From NCBI GenBank assembly GCA_002245135.1, contig NGBS01000584.1:124001-188000 (forward strand): 64,000 nt of DNA, read 5' to 3'. The number at the start of each line of letters is the position of its first letter. Within the stretch, counting starts at the first letter, position 1. Of this stretch, positions 1 to 13,947 are shown in pieces. Under the pieces are notes generated by a model. That model had not been told where the DNA came from and searched no databases. It was given only the letters and a program-made list of their open reading frames with translations. Position numbers and translations under genes: made by a program. This stretch comes from Proteromonas lacertae (lineage: Eukaryota).

Positions 1-3000
1 TAATGGCAATTTCATCATCATTATCCATAACTATATAAAATCCATCATTATAATCTCTAATATACTCCCTTAATTGATGATGTAGATTAGGATCTTCAAA
101 TTTTATATCATTGATCAAATGAATTGCTAAAGAAATAACAACATTATGTATTTGGATATATTCATAATCATATTCTTTTGAATGCAATAATAACACATCC
201 ATATTATTATCCACAGACATTAATTGTATAAATAAATTAGATAGTGAAACACCAGGATACAAAGCACTTGCATAAACATCTCTAATACATATTTCTTCAT
301 CAAATTGGGAAATAATATTAATTGGTTTTGGATGATCTTTTGTAATGTCCAAAAACTTTTTAATACATTCATATGGAGCTGAAATGTACAACGCTAAATA
401 AGCATCAGTTTCATTGAACATTTTTGCATAACTTTCACAAGCACCTATTGATGGTGGTTGTGTATATTTAAAGATAATTCTGTTATGATTAATACCACCA
501 TTACCATTTATAGGAGCTAAAATACTATTAGCAATACCTAACAATTGAAAATCTACTTCATTTTGAGGATATACAACCATCATATAAGAATTACTATTCT
601 GATATCCTTTCTCCATTATTGATTCATTTCTAAAGTCACAAATAAAATTAGGTGTAATAAACCAATCGTATGCATCTGGTGATGTTGGATTTCTGTAATT
701 TGCAATTACATGTAATGAACCATCTTCAAAGTACTGAGCCAATTGAAATTTCTTTGACAACATGTTATTTGAAGCTAGTTTTATAATTCCTTCGTCAGTT
801 TCAACTTCTTTATTGTAAATTTTACTTATTTTGATAATTTCACCATCGTCTGGATTAACATTTAATAATTCTTTGATGAATAAGAATATAATATAAACAT
901 TTGACATCCTTGTTGTTACAGTTTTATACATGGTATATTCATAAACTGACTTTTTAAATTTATCATCTTCATCAGTTTGAAAATATGACCCAAACATGTA
1001 TATTCCTTCTCTTAATTCAACAGGAATAGTCTCAAATTGTGTTTCAGATATGTAATAAGTTAAAAACGGATATCTATCTCTTTTCATTTTTCTACTATAT
1101 AACTCATTTAACAACAACAATAAATAATCAGTACCTGGATGTATAAATAGCACCAATCCATTGTTTTTCTCCATTATATTTACTGTATTTATCATATCTA
1201 TTACAGTCGATCCATGCATATCAAATGATAAAAGAATAAGGGCTGTTCCTTCTATTGTCTTTCTGATAATAGAATGAGAGACATTTGAGCAATGTAATTT
1301 ACTATCATAGAATAAATACATATATTGATTAGTAGCAAAGAATGGAGAAAAATGAGAAAATGCATTTGAATAATATTGATTTGGTAATCCACCTGTAAAT
1401 ATTATATTCCTATAACAACTTTGACCACAAAAAGGTGAAGGATAGAAGAAATAGATAGGAGTATCTACTAATATCTTTTCTATTGCATAAAAACAATCTG
1501 GATGTGCACCTCCAATTATAAAATCATATTCACCAGAATTGATTATAGTCTTAGTTACTGATGTACATAGATTTGTATCTGATTTAGTATCAAATAATGT
1601 ATAGAATAATTCATAATCTTTGATTTCATTCTGCACAGTATAATATCCACTAATTGAAGCTAGAAATAATGGTAATTCTTGAACTCTTTGTTCACCTGAT
1701 AATGCATATATGAATGCTATTCCTACTTTCCTTTTATTGAAGTCTTTACTTTCTTTCTTTGGTTTATTTACCATTGAAAATGAAGATGAAGGAGTAAAAA
1801 AAGCATGCAATATTTCAGAATGGTAATAAGTTTCAAATTTTCCATTGTTGTAGTATAATAAATATACATAATGATTCAAATAATATCCTGAATTAATATA
1901 TACAGGACCACTTGGTAAGTTTATTGGTGTGATAAAAATATTATAATAGTAAGTATTCCTATTATTGTCACTGTCTATAGAGGCACGATAAAATAATAAA
2001 ACTGATTCATATAATAGAACAATTCCTGGAGATGGATATCCAATTCCATTAGAATATGTTTCAAAATATTTATATAACATATTGTCATCTGCTACATTAA
2101 CATCAGTAGGATTAAAAACACTAAAAATATAATGTTTTACAATAGATGCATCATATAATTTGATTAGTCCTGGATCTATTAAAAAACTGACCATTACTAA
2201 TTGTAAGATAGCTTCTTGATTTAATTGTTCTAATAACCTGTTTGTCTGGGAAGATCTAAGTAAGTTTATGATTATTGTATCTGATGATAAACTCTTTACT
2301 AACACATAAGTGAATGGGGAATAATTATCGCAATTTTTAGGTATTTCTATGACATTTACAATAGATATTCCTGTATCTTGCAGATTTTCAATAAACAAAT
2401 TAATATGATCAACATTTAAATCAGCTTCAGAATAGACTATCACAGCTGATGTAGAAAATGACATAATCCAATATAAACCAGGAATGAAATAATTATCAAA
2501 TGAACCATACATAAAATATATTGATGAAGATGACTTTCTATTCCAGTGTGGTCTTATATGATAAAAAACAGAATCAGAATCAACCAACAATTCACTTAAT
2601 ACCTGAAGAGCATCATCTCTCAATAGACCAAAAAATACGTTTGCATTTGAATTCCCAATTGTAGATTTGAAATCTGCTGTAAATTTTGTAATATTATCAT
2701 TATTATATCTCAATATAACATATGATAATTGTGTTCCATAAAATCCTCCTAATGAATTAATAGTTTCTATAGCTAATTCAAATATATTTTGGAATAATTG
2801 ATGAAAATCTTGATAGACATCATCTAATATAAAACCTACATATGTCCTTTCAACTATTGTGATATTTCCTTCTAATCCTTCACTGAAATTACAGTAAATC
2901 TTCTTATAGATATAATCTAAATAACTAACACCAGTTTGTGGATTTCTATATATAATACTGTATGTCATATTTGTATAATATTCAATAACATTAAAAAATG

Positions 3001-6000
3001 AGCCACATGTTAAATCTGAAGTGAATTTCAAATTACCTGATATTGTATCAAATGTATTATGAATTAGATCATTTTGAAAACTAGCTATATCATTTATTTT
3101 ATATTTTTGAATCAATTCAACAAATATAGATATCATATTACTTGTTGATTCTTCAAGTACTGACATAGGCCTATTCATAAAATAATATTTAAAATATAAT
3201 TTTCTTAGTTGTATTGAATTGGATGTTGAGTTAGTATAATCAATAATTGAAAGAAATCTAACTGTAATAGGTAATTTGTTAAAATGAATTGAAACATACA
3301 TACTGTATGGAATATAAATAATATAATCTTTTGAATTTTTAAATGACTTTATTACTGTTGCTAAGTTACTGAATGTAGATTCAATACTTTCATAATCCTC
3401 CACTAATACAATTGATCCACCATTTGGTATCTTCAACAGCATATTTGATATTTGTATATAGGAAAGTGGACTATATTCCACATAAGTAGTAACATCAACA
3501 TCTTTGAATACATTATCTATTATTTTATAGAAATTATCCTCTTTTACTGCACTAGAATAAATAAATACTACAGGATTGAGTGTTGTTTTATAAATATAAT
3601 CAATAAATGAAACAAAACTACTTGTTGGTGAAAAATCTACAATATAAGGCGAGCAAAAACTATTCCTTGTTGATACACCAATATACCAATACAATATATC
3701 ATTTTTATCACAATATTGAAGAATTGCACCATTATATTTTGCATCTAAACCACCAATTACATGATGAATATTATTATCCACAAAATATTTCATTGCTTCA
3801 TGAACTGCATCTTCAGTACTAGCTTTTTTTGCCATTAATTCAATATACAAATGAAAGGATTCTTTTCTATTATAATCATCGATAAACATTGACAATATTG
3901 ATATTATATTAACCGTTTCTTTTGATAGATTATCACCCGTTATTATGACTAATCCAACCATAACCTTTGTTATATTCTTTATAGATGTTGGATAAGTAAA
4001 GTCACAAATTGATATTATTCTGTTATTATCATCATTATGTGTTATTATAATTGATCCAGTTGAAAGTGAAAGTGGCTTTACCAACTTAATATCATCATCA
4101 CTGGAAAGAAATGTTTGAATTGGCATAATCAATTGATTATCATTACCGAAATATATTCCATCATTATCTGATATTGGAAATATATATGAATTCAATGCTT
4201 TCATTAAATCCTCAGATGTTTCACCATAATTATCAATTGCATATGTCATGTAAGCCATTATATAATATACATACATCAATCGACTATAAAAATTCATTCC
4301 TGGATCTAATGATTTTCTGATTAATTCATTCAATTTTGGCTTATATAACACTCCATAGTTATATTCTGGATAAACAATTGAAGTTGTAAAGTATAAAACA
4401 TTACTTATACCATTAACTAATGTTCCATGTGAATCAAATCCAGCAACTATAAAAGTTGTATCATCCTTCTTATTATTACATTCAATCAATGGCAATACTT
4501 TCTTTTCGTTAATTATAATATACACTAATGAATTATCAGGAATATTGGGTAAAAAAGTACTACAAATAGTGTCACTATATTCAACTATTTCATATATCTT
4601 ATCAAAAAGTGACATAATCTTAAAGAAATTCTCAATCACTATATTACTAAAATCTTCATCAACAATAACATAAAAATGTTTATATTCAGTAATAAAAGTA
4701 TCTAAACTTGTTACAACCAATTGATCAATAGAAGGTCCAAAATGGTAAACATATTTAAAACATTCATTCCCATTCCATCTTGTTGTTACAAATAATGGTA
4801 TTTTATATTCTTTAATAACAGGATATATTAACTCTCTTTCACTTTTTGTATTTCCTCCAATTATTGCAATTGGACTGTATTTATTTATTAGATTTCTCAG
4901 CAATTCCTGTGGATTAGTACTACCTAATAGTTCTGTAATAATTATGATTCTATGAGTAGAATTACTAGGTATTAATGATTCAGTGTATTGTAACATTGCT
5001 TCGATATCCTTACCATTATATCCAAGATTTAAGACAGTAACTACAGAGAATTGTTTTGTATAATTTTCACTTGGTGATTCAAAATCGCACATTAATATTT
5101 TATGTTCTATCAAACCACCTTTCCATGGTTCAAACGAAATACTTGTTTCTGAATGATCTATTGCCTTCAATTCATCTTTCACATCTGTTGTAGTAACAAC
5201 ACTAACTTTAATCTTAATTCTTCTTTGATCATTGACATAAATATAATTATTATCGATATTCAAATCCGTTGATAACTGAGTTGCTATTAATTTCTTTATA
5301 TCAAATGAATCAGCAGAGACATAAAAACTATCAAACAACATCATGCTCAAATAACCATAATAACTGAATTGTGTAGGTATTATTTCACCTGATACAAAAC
5401 GTGAACAAAATGAATCATTATATACACATGAACCATTGAATGTAACAATTGTAATTATGTTACTATATTTTGTTTTGTCAGGCTCATCTACTGGAATATC
5501 ATTAATTGTCATATCATATATAATGATTTTATTTGATATTGTTTTTGTTAAAACATTGGTTTTATATTCCTTCAAAAATGAAGTTGTATAAGGATAACCT
5601 AAATAACCTATTTACATATATATTAATTATATACATAAAATAAAAGCAGAAGGATGCTTTGTTACAAAACTGGAAATACTCTTCATCACTTCTTCTAACT
5701 CAGTTTTGCTCTTATAATCTTTAATCAAGAGAGTTTCAACTGTATCACCCTTTATTTTGAAATATTTTTCTGAAAACTTCATCGATTCTCTACCATATTC
5801 AGTATCTGAAGCAATTATCACATAATAATCAATTCTCTTTAATGATTCAGTGATATAGACTAGAGTTGGAGTTGAAGTACCTACATGAAAAAAATTAGGA
5901 TGACAAAATTGACCAAAATCATAACCAATTGTTAAAAACAAATTTTCATTTTCATTAGTATCTATTATAGATATATATTATTATTAAATGAATATACAAG

Positions 6001-7379
6001 GTAATAAAGGATATGATCCATTAGTATGAGTATAATAAATAAATGCTACAACATCATCAAAACTTAAACAAAACTCAAATTGACTTTTGATACTTTCATA
6101 TGGATTTGGAACTAATAAATGATATCTAAATCTCTCCATATTATTGTAATTAATTGTATTAATAGATACAAATAAACCATCTAATATATCACGATAATTT
6201 GAAACAGTTGAATCAGTATTAGATATATAACATATTCCATAAGATTTACTCAACAAAAATGGGGTTATACACGGCTGATATGGAGTAGAATAAAGATTAT
6301 CAAATGGTTCTGAAGGAAAATTGGTGAATAGTTTTGTAACTACTAAAATATCACCATCATCATTCACTTTACCTAAATAAAAAGTTCTTACCATGCAATT
6401 GTTGCTAATGTAACATATAGAATCAGTTGGTAGAATTGGTGATTCTATACATGTATTAGTGATATTAGAAAGTATAAATTCGTATGATAACATTGGTAAA
6501 TCTAATGGAACTGTCTTAAAAAATGATAATAACATTAATGATGAATAAACTGAATCAGTTAAATATTGATTGGGAGCAAGCTGTAATTCATCAAGAAACT
6601 TCTGATTTGCTTCATCTTCAATTGAATGGAAATAACCAGATAATATATATGCATTTTTATAAATGTTTTTGTTGGAATGAGTAATATATTCATCAACAAT
6701 TGATGGCAATACCAGAATAATATTGTCATTGAGCAAATTTGGTTTATTGTTATAATCGCCAGCAATTTCTTTTACTAAATCGATCTTTTCATAACTTACA
6801 AATAAAATTGAGTCTTGCGGTATTGTATCAAGCATTCCTGGATGATATTCTAATGTTTTATTATTAATATTCAGAAGTTTCATGTTATACAACAGTGTAA
6901 TATATTTTAATCTGTCATATATATCAATTCTTGTATTTGAGCAAAACAAAAATACATTTTTATAGCCTTTATGAGCAAAATGGCTTATTGCTATTTATAT
7001 ATAACAATAAAAATCAAATATATATACTTGAATATTCTTGATTTGAAGGAATAAAACTATTTATTATTTTTGTGCTGCATTCTTTTAAAGGATGTGGTAC
7101 TACAAGATAATAGAATGTTTGATCATCTGTTGGTGTATCTTCATAATTTGTCAAATAAATTACTAGCTGTGATCTTTGATTTGAATTGTAATTTATTATG
7201 ACATCATCTAATTCTAATTTTCGTGTTGCTTTCTTCAAGACATTCTTTAATTCATCACCATTTGTTGGATCACATTTTATTTTGAGATTGATAGGTAAAA
7301 ACAAACTAGCACTTAAACTAAAATTATTTCCTGAAAAAATAAGTAAAAATAAGAGAATAGAAAAGAAATTGAAATACAT
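1..7379 (-). CDS. Giant secreted/surface protein with >=7 tandem type-1 periplasmic-binding (UrtA/AmiC-like) domains; 3' end outside window
   Basis: Signal-peptide-like start MYFNFFSILLFLLIFSG at 7379. Introns at 6991-7027, 5962-5997 and 5608-5634 join the listed ORFs in frame to an exon that appears open from 5607 to the window edge; it is absent from the ORF track, consistent with no stop. A ~380-aa unit recurs, e.g. VGIAFIYALSGEQ...FDTKSD...FIIGGAHPDC...FFYPSPFCGQSCYRNIIFTGGLPNQ (~1735-1375) and ELAIETINSLGGFYG (~2780). Confidence 0.8.
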
Positions 7380-7387
7380 TAAAAAAA

Positions 7388-8514
7388 ATGTCGTTTCAAA
7401 AAATCAAAAAGATGGGTTGCATTATGTGTTGTGATTGTGCAGTTGTGGATGAAAGTGATTATTACTTTATTAACCCAAATAAATCAGAGTTAGTTATAAA
7501 TGTAACCATTTTTTACTAATTCTTATAGGGAAAGAAATATAAAGCTCCAATAATGCCATTCAATAAGAAAATATACAATGAAATACTTAGATCGCTTAGA
7601 CATATGAAATTAGTAGATAATCCTGTAGTTGTTAAAAAGACTAAGTATTTTACCATTGAAGATTGTAATTATAGTAATATACTCCTTTATGTATGGTTTT
7701 ATTACATATTAATTATAGGAAATGTTGAATTATTTGATTATACCAGATAGTTTCGTCCAATTAACTCCAGTATATAATAAAATTACTCACACAACAGAAA
7801 TTATCATTCCCAACTATAATCACTCTCGTTATCTATCAAATATTGACTTAAAATCACTCTCATATCCTACAATTGTTGATATATTCAAACAAATTTCTTT
7901 TATACTGTATAATTTAAATAAAAGCGGATTTTTTCATGGAAATCTCAGCCTGGATACTGTTCTATTGCAAAATAAAACAATCAAATTAAGTGAACCTTGT
8001 TTATATTTACTAAATAGACAAACAGAATGTGATAATGATATATATAATTTAGGAGATGTAATTGAACATATATTATTTGTTAAAAGAGTGGATAATGATA
8101 ATGATAGAGAATGTTATTATTTTCTAGATGATTTAAAAAGAAAAATGAAAAATGAAAACACTAGTGATGAGATATTGATAGAAGAAGTATTATTAGAATT
8201 AGATCATTTTCTTATAACTTCAGAAATTCATAAATGTGAAGATGGTTTTTATAGAAGATTATTTGATGAACCAGATACACTGCTTTTGACGTTATTACAG
8301 AACTCTTTGTCACTATATAATAATGAATTCTATTTATTTTGTCATAATAATCTAAGTATATATGATTATATACTAATTATCAATAGATATTCTTGGTCGT
8401 TTAATAAAGTTATCTAAAAGAGGAAATAATGATTATATAACATTTGTTTTGAATGAAATCATGGATAGGTATTCACAATTTGCAAAATTTATTGAAGATA
8501 CACTTTATCTATGA
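7388..8514 (+). CDS. Divergent protein kinase-like (probable pseudokinase), multi-exon
   Basis: ORFs 7553 and 7722 are joined by a ~28-nt intron. HGNLSLDTVLL replaces HRDL and KLSEP replaces DFG. Start and stop are approximate. Confidence 0.5.
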
Positions 8515-8615
8515 TATTGAGTATAATTGTATGTTTTTAATATACCTGTTGTGTTGGAATTTACTATTATATTAACCATTGAATTGCTTTCTTCTATAAT
8601 ACTGTCCTCTACCTT

Positions 8616-9094
8616 ATGCCTTGTCTTTTTTGTAATTTTCTGAATGATAAAGATATATTGATATACGAAGTATACTTATAAACACTATACTCTGGTTATA
8701 TTAGGATGATGATATTGCTGTATTCAAAGATCAATATCCAAAATCCAAATTTCATTTGTTAGCAATACCTAAAAAGCATATTAAGGATATAGGGAAATTA
8801 ACACCAGATGATGTACATTTGGGTATAAGATCAGTAATTCTTTATTGTTATACTTTAGTTGAACATATGAAGGAAGTAGGTTCAAAACTGCTTGAAGAAA
8901 ACGGAGCAGATATGACAAAAACAAAATTTGGATTTCATGATCCGCTGTTTACATCAATTAAACATCTTCATATGCATTGTTTGGGTCTTCCATATAGAAA
9001 TTGTTGGATGCATTGCCAATGTTTAAGTATATGGTTTACTGATGCAGATAAATTAATTGCAAAACTCAAAAAGAAAGCATCATCCAATAAATAA
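8616..9094 (+). CDS. HINT3: HIT-family nucleotide hydrolase (HINT3-like)
   Basis: MPCLFC start, two short introns, FKDQYPKSKFHLLAIPKKHI, and GFHDPLFTSIKHLHMH containing the HxHxH triad. Confidence 0.85.
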
Positions 9095-9219
9095 ACATAA
9101 ATCAAGATATAAAAATAAAAATATAAACTTAATAAAAATTAATTTGTTTGAATTAAACAGTTTCTATTTTTATTTTCAAATCTAACATGCATTATACATA
9201 CTATTTGACTAAATTCTTT

Positions 9220-10486
9220 TTAACTACATGAAACAGTTTGGGTGAGGGATAGGATAGAGTTATAATTTTCATTAGTAAATGCAGATTGATATAATTTTGA
9301 TTGTATATTCATCATAGTGATTTCAGCTTGTGATGTAATATATTGATGTTGTGATTGTAAACACTTTGATAACCTTGATATTATAGTTTGATGATATTTC
9401 ATTTTAATATTAATTGGAGTTAATTTATATACATTCTCAATCTATGAATAATAAATAAATAAATAAATATACTAATTCAATCGCCAACATCTGAATAGTT
9501 GATGAAAAATTATTCCATCTCTTCAATACATGATTAAATATATAATCACTGTAAAATGGATTAGTTTTACAAGCATCTTTAATATAAAACACAATACTTC
9601 TATAAAATAACATCTTATAATCCACATATAATAATGATAAAACAGTTGAAATCAACTGGTTATTAAATAGTTTCAAATCTGTAGCTAAAATTCTTATTAA
9701 TTCAGAACAATAATCCATTGGGAAAGCTGTAGGATCTAATGTCTCTTTTTGATGTTCTATCTGTTCTCTTAAATAACAATCGATTGATTGGGTTATTGTA
9801 CTTCTTATATACGGATACTTAATAAACATTGTAGCTAATTCTGATAAATACTTTTGCCGTGTTATTAATATGGGTGTTGGAATGTGATTGATGGCGTTTA
9901 TAACATCATTGGAACATGGGTAATATCCTTGATACAATGATTCTCTTAATTCACTTCCTCTTTTACCTTGTTGCAAGTTTTGAACTATTTTACTAACTAC
10001 TGACGATTGATATAGAGCAGGATCAGGTGGAAATGCTTGAATTACGTGTTTAGCTAACTCATTTGCAAGAGGTGGTAATTTTGGTAAAACATAAGCTGGT
10101 AAATCTCTACATTTCAACCGATCAAGACTATTAATAGAATAATTGTATATTATTTAATACATAGAATTGTGAAGTGTAAATAAATCATCTTGTTTCCAAA
10201 ACATTGAATAGTCATAGTTTTTTGTCACAATATCTGTTTGTATACTTGTAGGAGAACCACATGTCACACAAGGTATGTTATCAATTGCTGAGCTACTAAA
10301 TAATCTCATTTGGTACTGGTCTAGTATTCCAACCGGTGCTGAGTTGCTTCGCTTGACTGGTTGCTCTTCATCATCTATAGTAGGAGTTCTACATCTTTTT
10401 TGTCGTTTGGGTATGTCTGTTACAGAAACACTCCCAAATGGGTATGTGTATGACGGAGGTAATGCTTTTGAGTTTTCAAGTCCCAT
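9220..10486 (-). CDS. Divergent PP2A B56 (B')-like regulatory subunit
   Basis: Colinear segments resemble B56 HEAT repeats: RQKYLSELATMFIKYPYIRSTI, YRSIVFYIKDACKTNPFYSDYIFNHVLKRW and IISRLSKCLQSQHQYITSQA. Termini uncertain. Confidence 0.55.
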
Positions 10487-10848
10487 GGTATTCAAATATG
10501 CTCTTATTGACTGTGAATACAGATGAAAAACTCAATTTGATTAAATCTGAAACGGATAAATGACGAAGGTTTCTCTAATTCTTCTACGAAAAGCTTGAAA
10601 ACAAAAATAAGCTTGATCTAAGGACCAATAGAATTCTTTAAACGCTTATATATTTTTTTCATTCATATAGAAACAAAATAATGTAAAATTAATTGAAGGT
10701 CCATTATATGTGCTGCATTTTTGAATCTAATGCGCCAGTTTATTCTGATGGAACACAATTAAAAATTCGAAACATCATTTTGCATGACATTATTGACTAT
10801 TTTAGAATTTATGTATTGAAAAAAACAATTTTATATATTTAGTTTTTT

Positions 10849-13613
10849 TTAACATATCTTAGGTTTGGATTTAAGGAAGTATCTTCTAAAATATCTTCGA
10901 AGTGAGAAAAATATCATAATTATTATCACACATAGCACTACTGAAAGTGAAAACGATGTATAAGCTGATTGCTCGAATTTACAATTATGAGTGTGTAATT
11001 CATCGTATAACCTTGTACAAATTGATAAATACTCTTGAATATCTTGCATCATTGGATTTACATGTTCAGTAGCTTGAATGAAATCAAGAATCTCTGTATG
11101 AACCAGAATATGCTTCCAAGCTTTCAGTATTGATTTTCTCAAACTCTCCATTCTTTCAAAATCAACAGTGTGATTTGCCATTACATGACCAGGAATGTTA
11201 TTCAAATTCACATATTTTAATAATTCATTACTCTTCTCTACAAACTCTTTTGATTCTTCTAAACACTTATAAATCATACTTCGATAAGAATTATCAATAT
11301 TAATAACAGAAAATTTTGGATGAGAAGATAAATAACTCAAAGGACTATCACCAACTGACCAAATCCATTCTTTCGCTGTACAATTGTATATTCTATCATA
11401 TTTAAATGATAATGGAACTAATGAACCAGCTAATGAACTGGTAGCTCTCAAAATATGGGATATTGGATTTCTTAAACTCCAATAAATTGTTCTTTTATTA
11501 CATTCAAAATGACTTTTGAAATATAATTGGCGATTTTGAACAGCTAATACACTATTCTCTAATACAACAGCAACATGATGTTCATCAATCAATAATGGTA
11601 AATCTTCACTTACAGATAGTATATATATTGGAATAATCTGAGTATTGCTATTACTATTCAAAGAATTAAACGTTCTTGTTGATAAGATATTAGATAATGT
11701 TCTAGAATCGATATATCTTTGATTAATTGGATGATATTGACCTTTTGAATTCATTTTTTGAAATAATACCGTCTTTATTGAGTCTTCTATAGCTATACCA
11801 AGTTCGGGATCTTTATCAACAAACATTTCTTGAGAGGATATACTCACTTCTTGATTAGGTAAATGGAATTCTTTTAAATGTCTTTTTAATACATCTATAT
11901 CTAATCCTCCATCGATTAAATTCAATATATCATAATCTTTTTGATACTTTATTATGGATATTCTATAGATTATTCTTTTTGGTATTGTGATTGGTTTCTT
12001 TAAATAAGATGGAGAGTATGGTGGAATTAATACTTGATGAGTAAATGTATTAACAACATTACTTAAATGTGAATAAAATTCAATCTCTTCTTTTGTCAAT
12101 TTACTAAATAATTCAGCATCATAATTTTTATCTTTTATTTTGGATATATCGATTGTTGTTTTGATTTGATTTAATAATAAATCACCATAATTCCTATTAT
12201 TCTTCAGATTATCTATTTCTTTCTTTATTTCACCACATATCAGAGAATTTGAATCACTATCACATTTATTTTTTGTATATTTTTCATTTAATTCTTTCTC
12301 TCTTTTATTCAATCCTTCTACATATTTCAATATCAATTTATCAGAAAAATCTACTTTAGAAGTAGAAGTAGAAGTGGTATTTTTATTAAAACTGGGAATA
12401 GAAACATGTGTTTTTGTTCCATCACTAATAACAATATCACCCCATGAAAAAGGACCTGCATTTAAATCAATCCAACCAAATCTATTACTAGAAATCCACA
12501 AATCAACTAAGCAATCAGTATGAATGCCATTTTGTATTATACTACTGTCAATTTCATAGGATGTATGTCTTAAATCTTGTAATAATTCGTCTCTTTCTAT
12601 TTCATTTGATTTTGTTAATTCACCTTCGTTAATTCGATTAAGTATTTTGTATACACGACTTATTAATGATTGAGGACCTGTTGAATTTAATGATTTTATC
12701 ATTTTATTGGACCATATTTCTGATTCTTTGTCTAATTCATTCCATTTGATTGATAATGTTGGTCTTTCTCCATTATCTTTATTTCTATTCATCATCTCTT
12801 GTGGTAAAGATGTTGTAAAGGTATAGTCTTTGTTATTATTGAAATTATTATCATTACTTGTATCATATTCAAGTTCTTTCACAAATAATGGATTGAATAG
12901 TGTAGAAGTAGGATCTCTCATTTCAGATAATATTGTTATTAATTCTGGTCGAGTAAAACCATTTCTATATCCATATATTGAATTGACTGGAATCATTGGT
13001 CTCTTTATATCTAAAATGAATAATGTATAACTATTAATTAATGGATGAGATTTGGATAGTGTATCTATTAGGTTTGAGAGTAAGTCTTCCATTATTAATG
13101 AGGGCATTACATATCTATCTGGTTCATAATGATTATCATTTCTTTTTACTGATATATCTGGACGAATAAAATGATTCATGTATTTCTCAATGCATGTTTC
13201 TACTGATGAGCTCAATGATATTGCTTCATAGTATATATGAGTAATTGTGCTTAATCTATGTTCAACATTTTCACGAAAATCATAGTATTGTGCAATTCTT
13301 GATTTTATTGAATGATCTAAATGTTCAAACCAATGATGAAGGTAATTCTCGTGAGATTTCTTCATTCTTTCTCCAATGAATACTACATTTAGATGAAGAG
13401 AAGTATTTAAATCAGGAATTTCATTTAAATTCATAAATTTGAATAGATTTCTCTCATATTCATGTTGATTATAGATATACTAATAAAAGTGTAATAAACA
13501 GAGTAAATATACTTGCCTGTATGCATAACAACATTTTAATAAGAAAAGACATATCTAAATGCATAATAACAACATTAAAATACTAGTAATGATTTTATAA
13601 GTATTGTTTTCAT
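10849..13613 (-). CDS. Conserved uncharacterised single-pass membrane protein (plant/protist family)
   Basis: Two small 5' exons give a signal peptide (MKTILIKSLLICLFLLKCCYA). The 861-aa ORF has CLVDLWISSNRFGWIDLNAGPFSWG and a C-terminal TM helix followed by a basic tail. Confidence 0.75.
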
Positions 13614-13947
13614 CTCTAAAAGAGTTTTTAAAATAATGGGTGTTTCAAAATATAAATTTTCAAAACCCTAATTATACATTTCATTCTATTTCTCATAATA
13701 TAATAAACATTCAAACATTTCAATGTATTTTTTATATAATGAAAATTAGTTTATATAAGAGTTTAATATAAAAAACAACTCAAATTTTAATTGTGCAAAA
13801 GAGCATTGAAAGCATAACCAAATCACTCCAACTTCAATGTCGACATGAAAAAAATAGCAATACAGCAAAATATCAGCTTTTTTCGTTTTGTGTTTTGAAA
13901 TTGTTAAATAAAGCTTGATTGTGACAAACTTATTCTGAATATTTCTG

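Noticed and set aside
1..5600. Apparent ORF desert or alternative genetic code
   Set aside because: Explained by one long minus-strand exon with no stop inside the window; the standard code fits all genes.
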